Assembly: GCA_951406725.2 (NCBI GenBank)
Contig: OX597827.1
Span: forward strand, 22,444,001-22,508,000
Length of the DNA: 64,000 nucleotides
Direction of reading: 5' to 3'
From: Octopus vulgaris
Taxonomy: Eukaryota
How positions within the stretch are numbered: position 1 is the stretch's first letter; each line of letters opens with the position of its first letter. The notes under the pieces were generated by a model. It did no database searches. It was not told where the DNA came from and worked only from the letters and a program-made list of their open reading frames with translations. Of this stretch, positions 63,111-64,000 are shown in pieces. The position numbers and the translations under genes are program-made.

Positions 63111-63662
63111 TTAATTTATATGCACTCTTCGCTCCGTTTCCATATATTTGATTTCACTCATAAAGCTTTGTTTAAAGCTACAATATTGAATGTGTCACGC
63201 TGTAGGACCGAACCCGTATATATCAGAAAATCACCACAATCAAATCCCTTCGCAACAAACTACAAGCCATAGAGCGTGCATCAGCCAGTCAGTGAAATAA
63301 TCGTGTTTGAATTAAGCATGAAAAGTTCCTCATTGAAATTGCTTCACAGGAGACAAAACTACGCTTTCCCGTCGTTTGAAGGAAGCGATATTTATAGCGC
63401 AGAAAACCAAAATAAATCTAGATACGTAAATGTTAGCTGATAACGCTACCATTCTATATGGAATTACACAAAAGAACTGCGAAATTAAATATAGAAGACT
63501 AACCTAATTTCAACACACGCAGTTCATGTAGAATAAACTATGAAAATATCAAGAAATTCACCGCTAAACATTTGTTATTATTAGCTAAGCGGGAAAACTG
63601 AATTAGTAATTAAATATCTTCATGAAAACATGTTATATTTCAATAATAATAATAATAATAAT

Positions 63663-64000
63663 TTGGTTTGTCTTGGTATAAAAGACGGGCTATAGCAAAT
63701 ATTCTGCTCAATACTACAGATTTGCTTGTCAGTTGTTTAACCTTAACCAGTTGAGCATGTCCCTTAGTGGCTGACAATATGTGCATCTCTGATCACAATT
63801 AGAAGTAGTGAGGGACCATCATAGCCATGTGTTGAGAGGGATTCTTTGGGGTTTAAATAATTCATCTCTAGAAACATGGGGGTTTCATTCAACATCCTTA
63901 AACAACTCTTATTCCGGGACCTTTTGAACGGGATGGGTTACTTGACCAGAAGAAAATTCTAACTGGGCCCCCACCTGCAAAGTCATGCGCTGTTTATCTT
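63663..64000 (+). mobile_element. Family C retroposon starting right after (TAA)n, runs off the window
   Basis: 63822-64000 matches 6557-6735. Confidence 0.85.

Overview
Repeat-saturated animal intergenic or intronic DNA. The SINE families and extreme microsatellite load suggest an Octopus-like cephalopod (inference). No host protein-coding exon can be supported; almost all long ORFs in the track are read-throughs of (TA)n/(CA)n/(TATG)n tracts. Real coding content is retroelement-derived: (i) six copies or fragments of one APE-RT LINE group (CR1/L2-like), mostly in or beside (TA)n tracts, three of them young and clustered at 48-61 kb, one carrying an ORF1 with a CCCH zinc finger; (ii) a Naiad-type Penelope-like element with inverted terminal repeats; (iii) a decayed Tc1/mariner, a hAT-like MITE, and R4/Dong and RTE 3' ends; (iv) many tRNA-derived SINEs. 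Most notable: a candidate (TA)n-targeting LINE/SINE system sharing a structured, co-varying 3' signal; a parallel (TAA)n-associated retroposon set; an approximately 2 kb inverted LINE pair with a sharp identity step; and about eight Penelope-type hammerhead ribozyme motifs, two with unusually long stem II. All alignments, folds and counts were done by eye.
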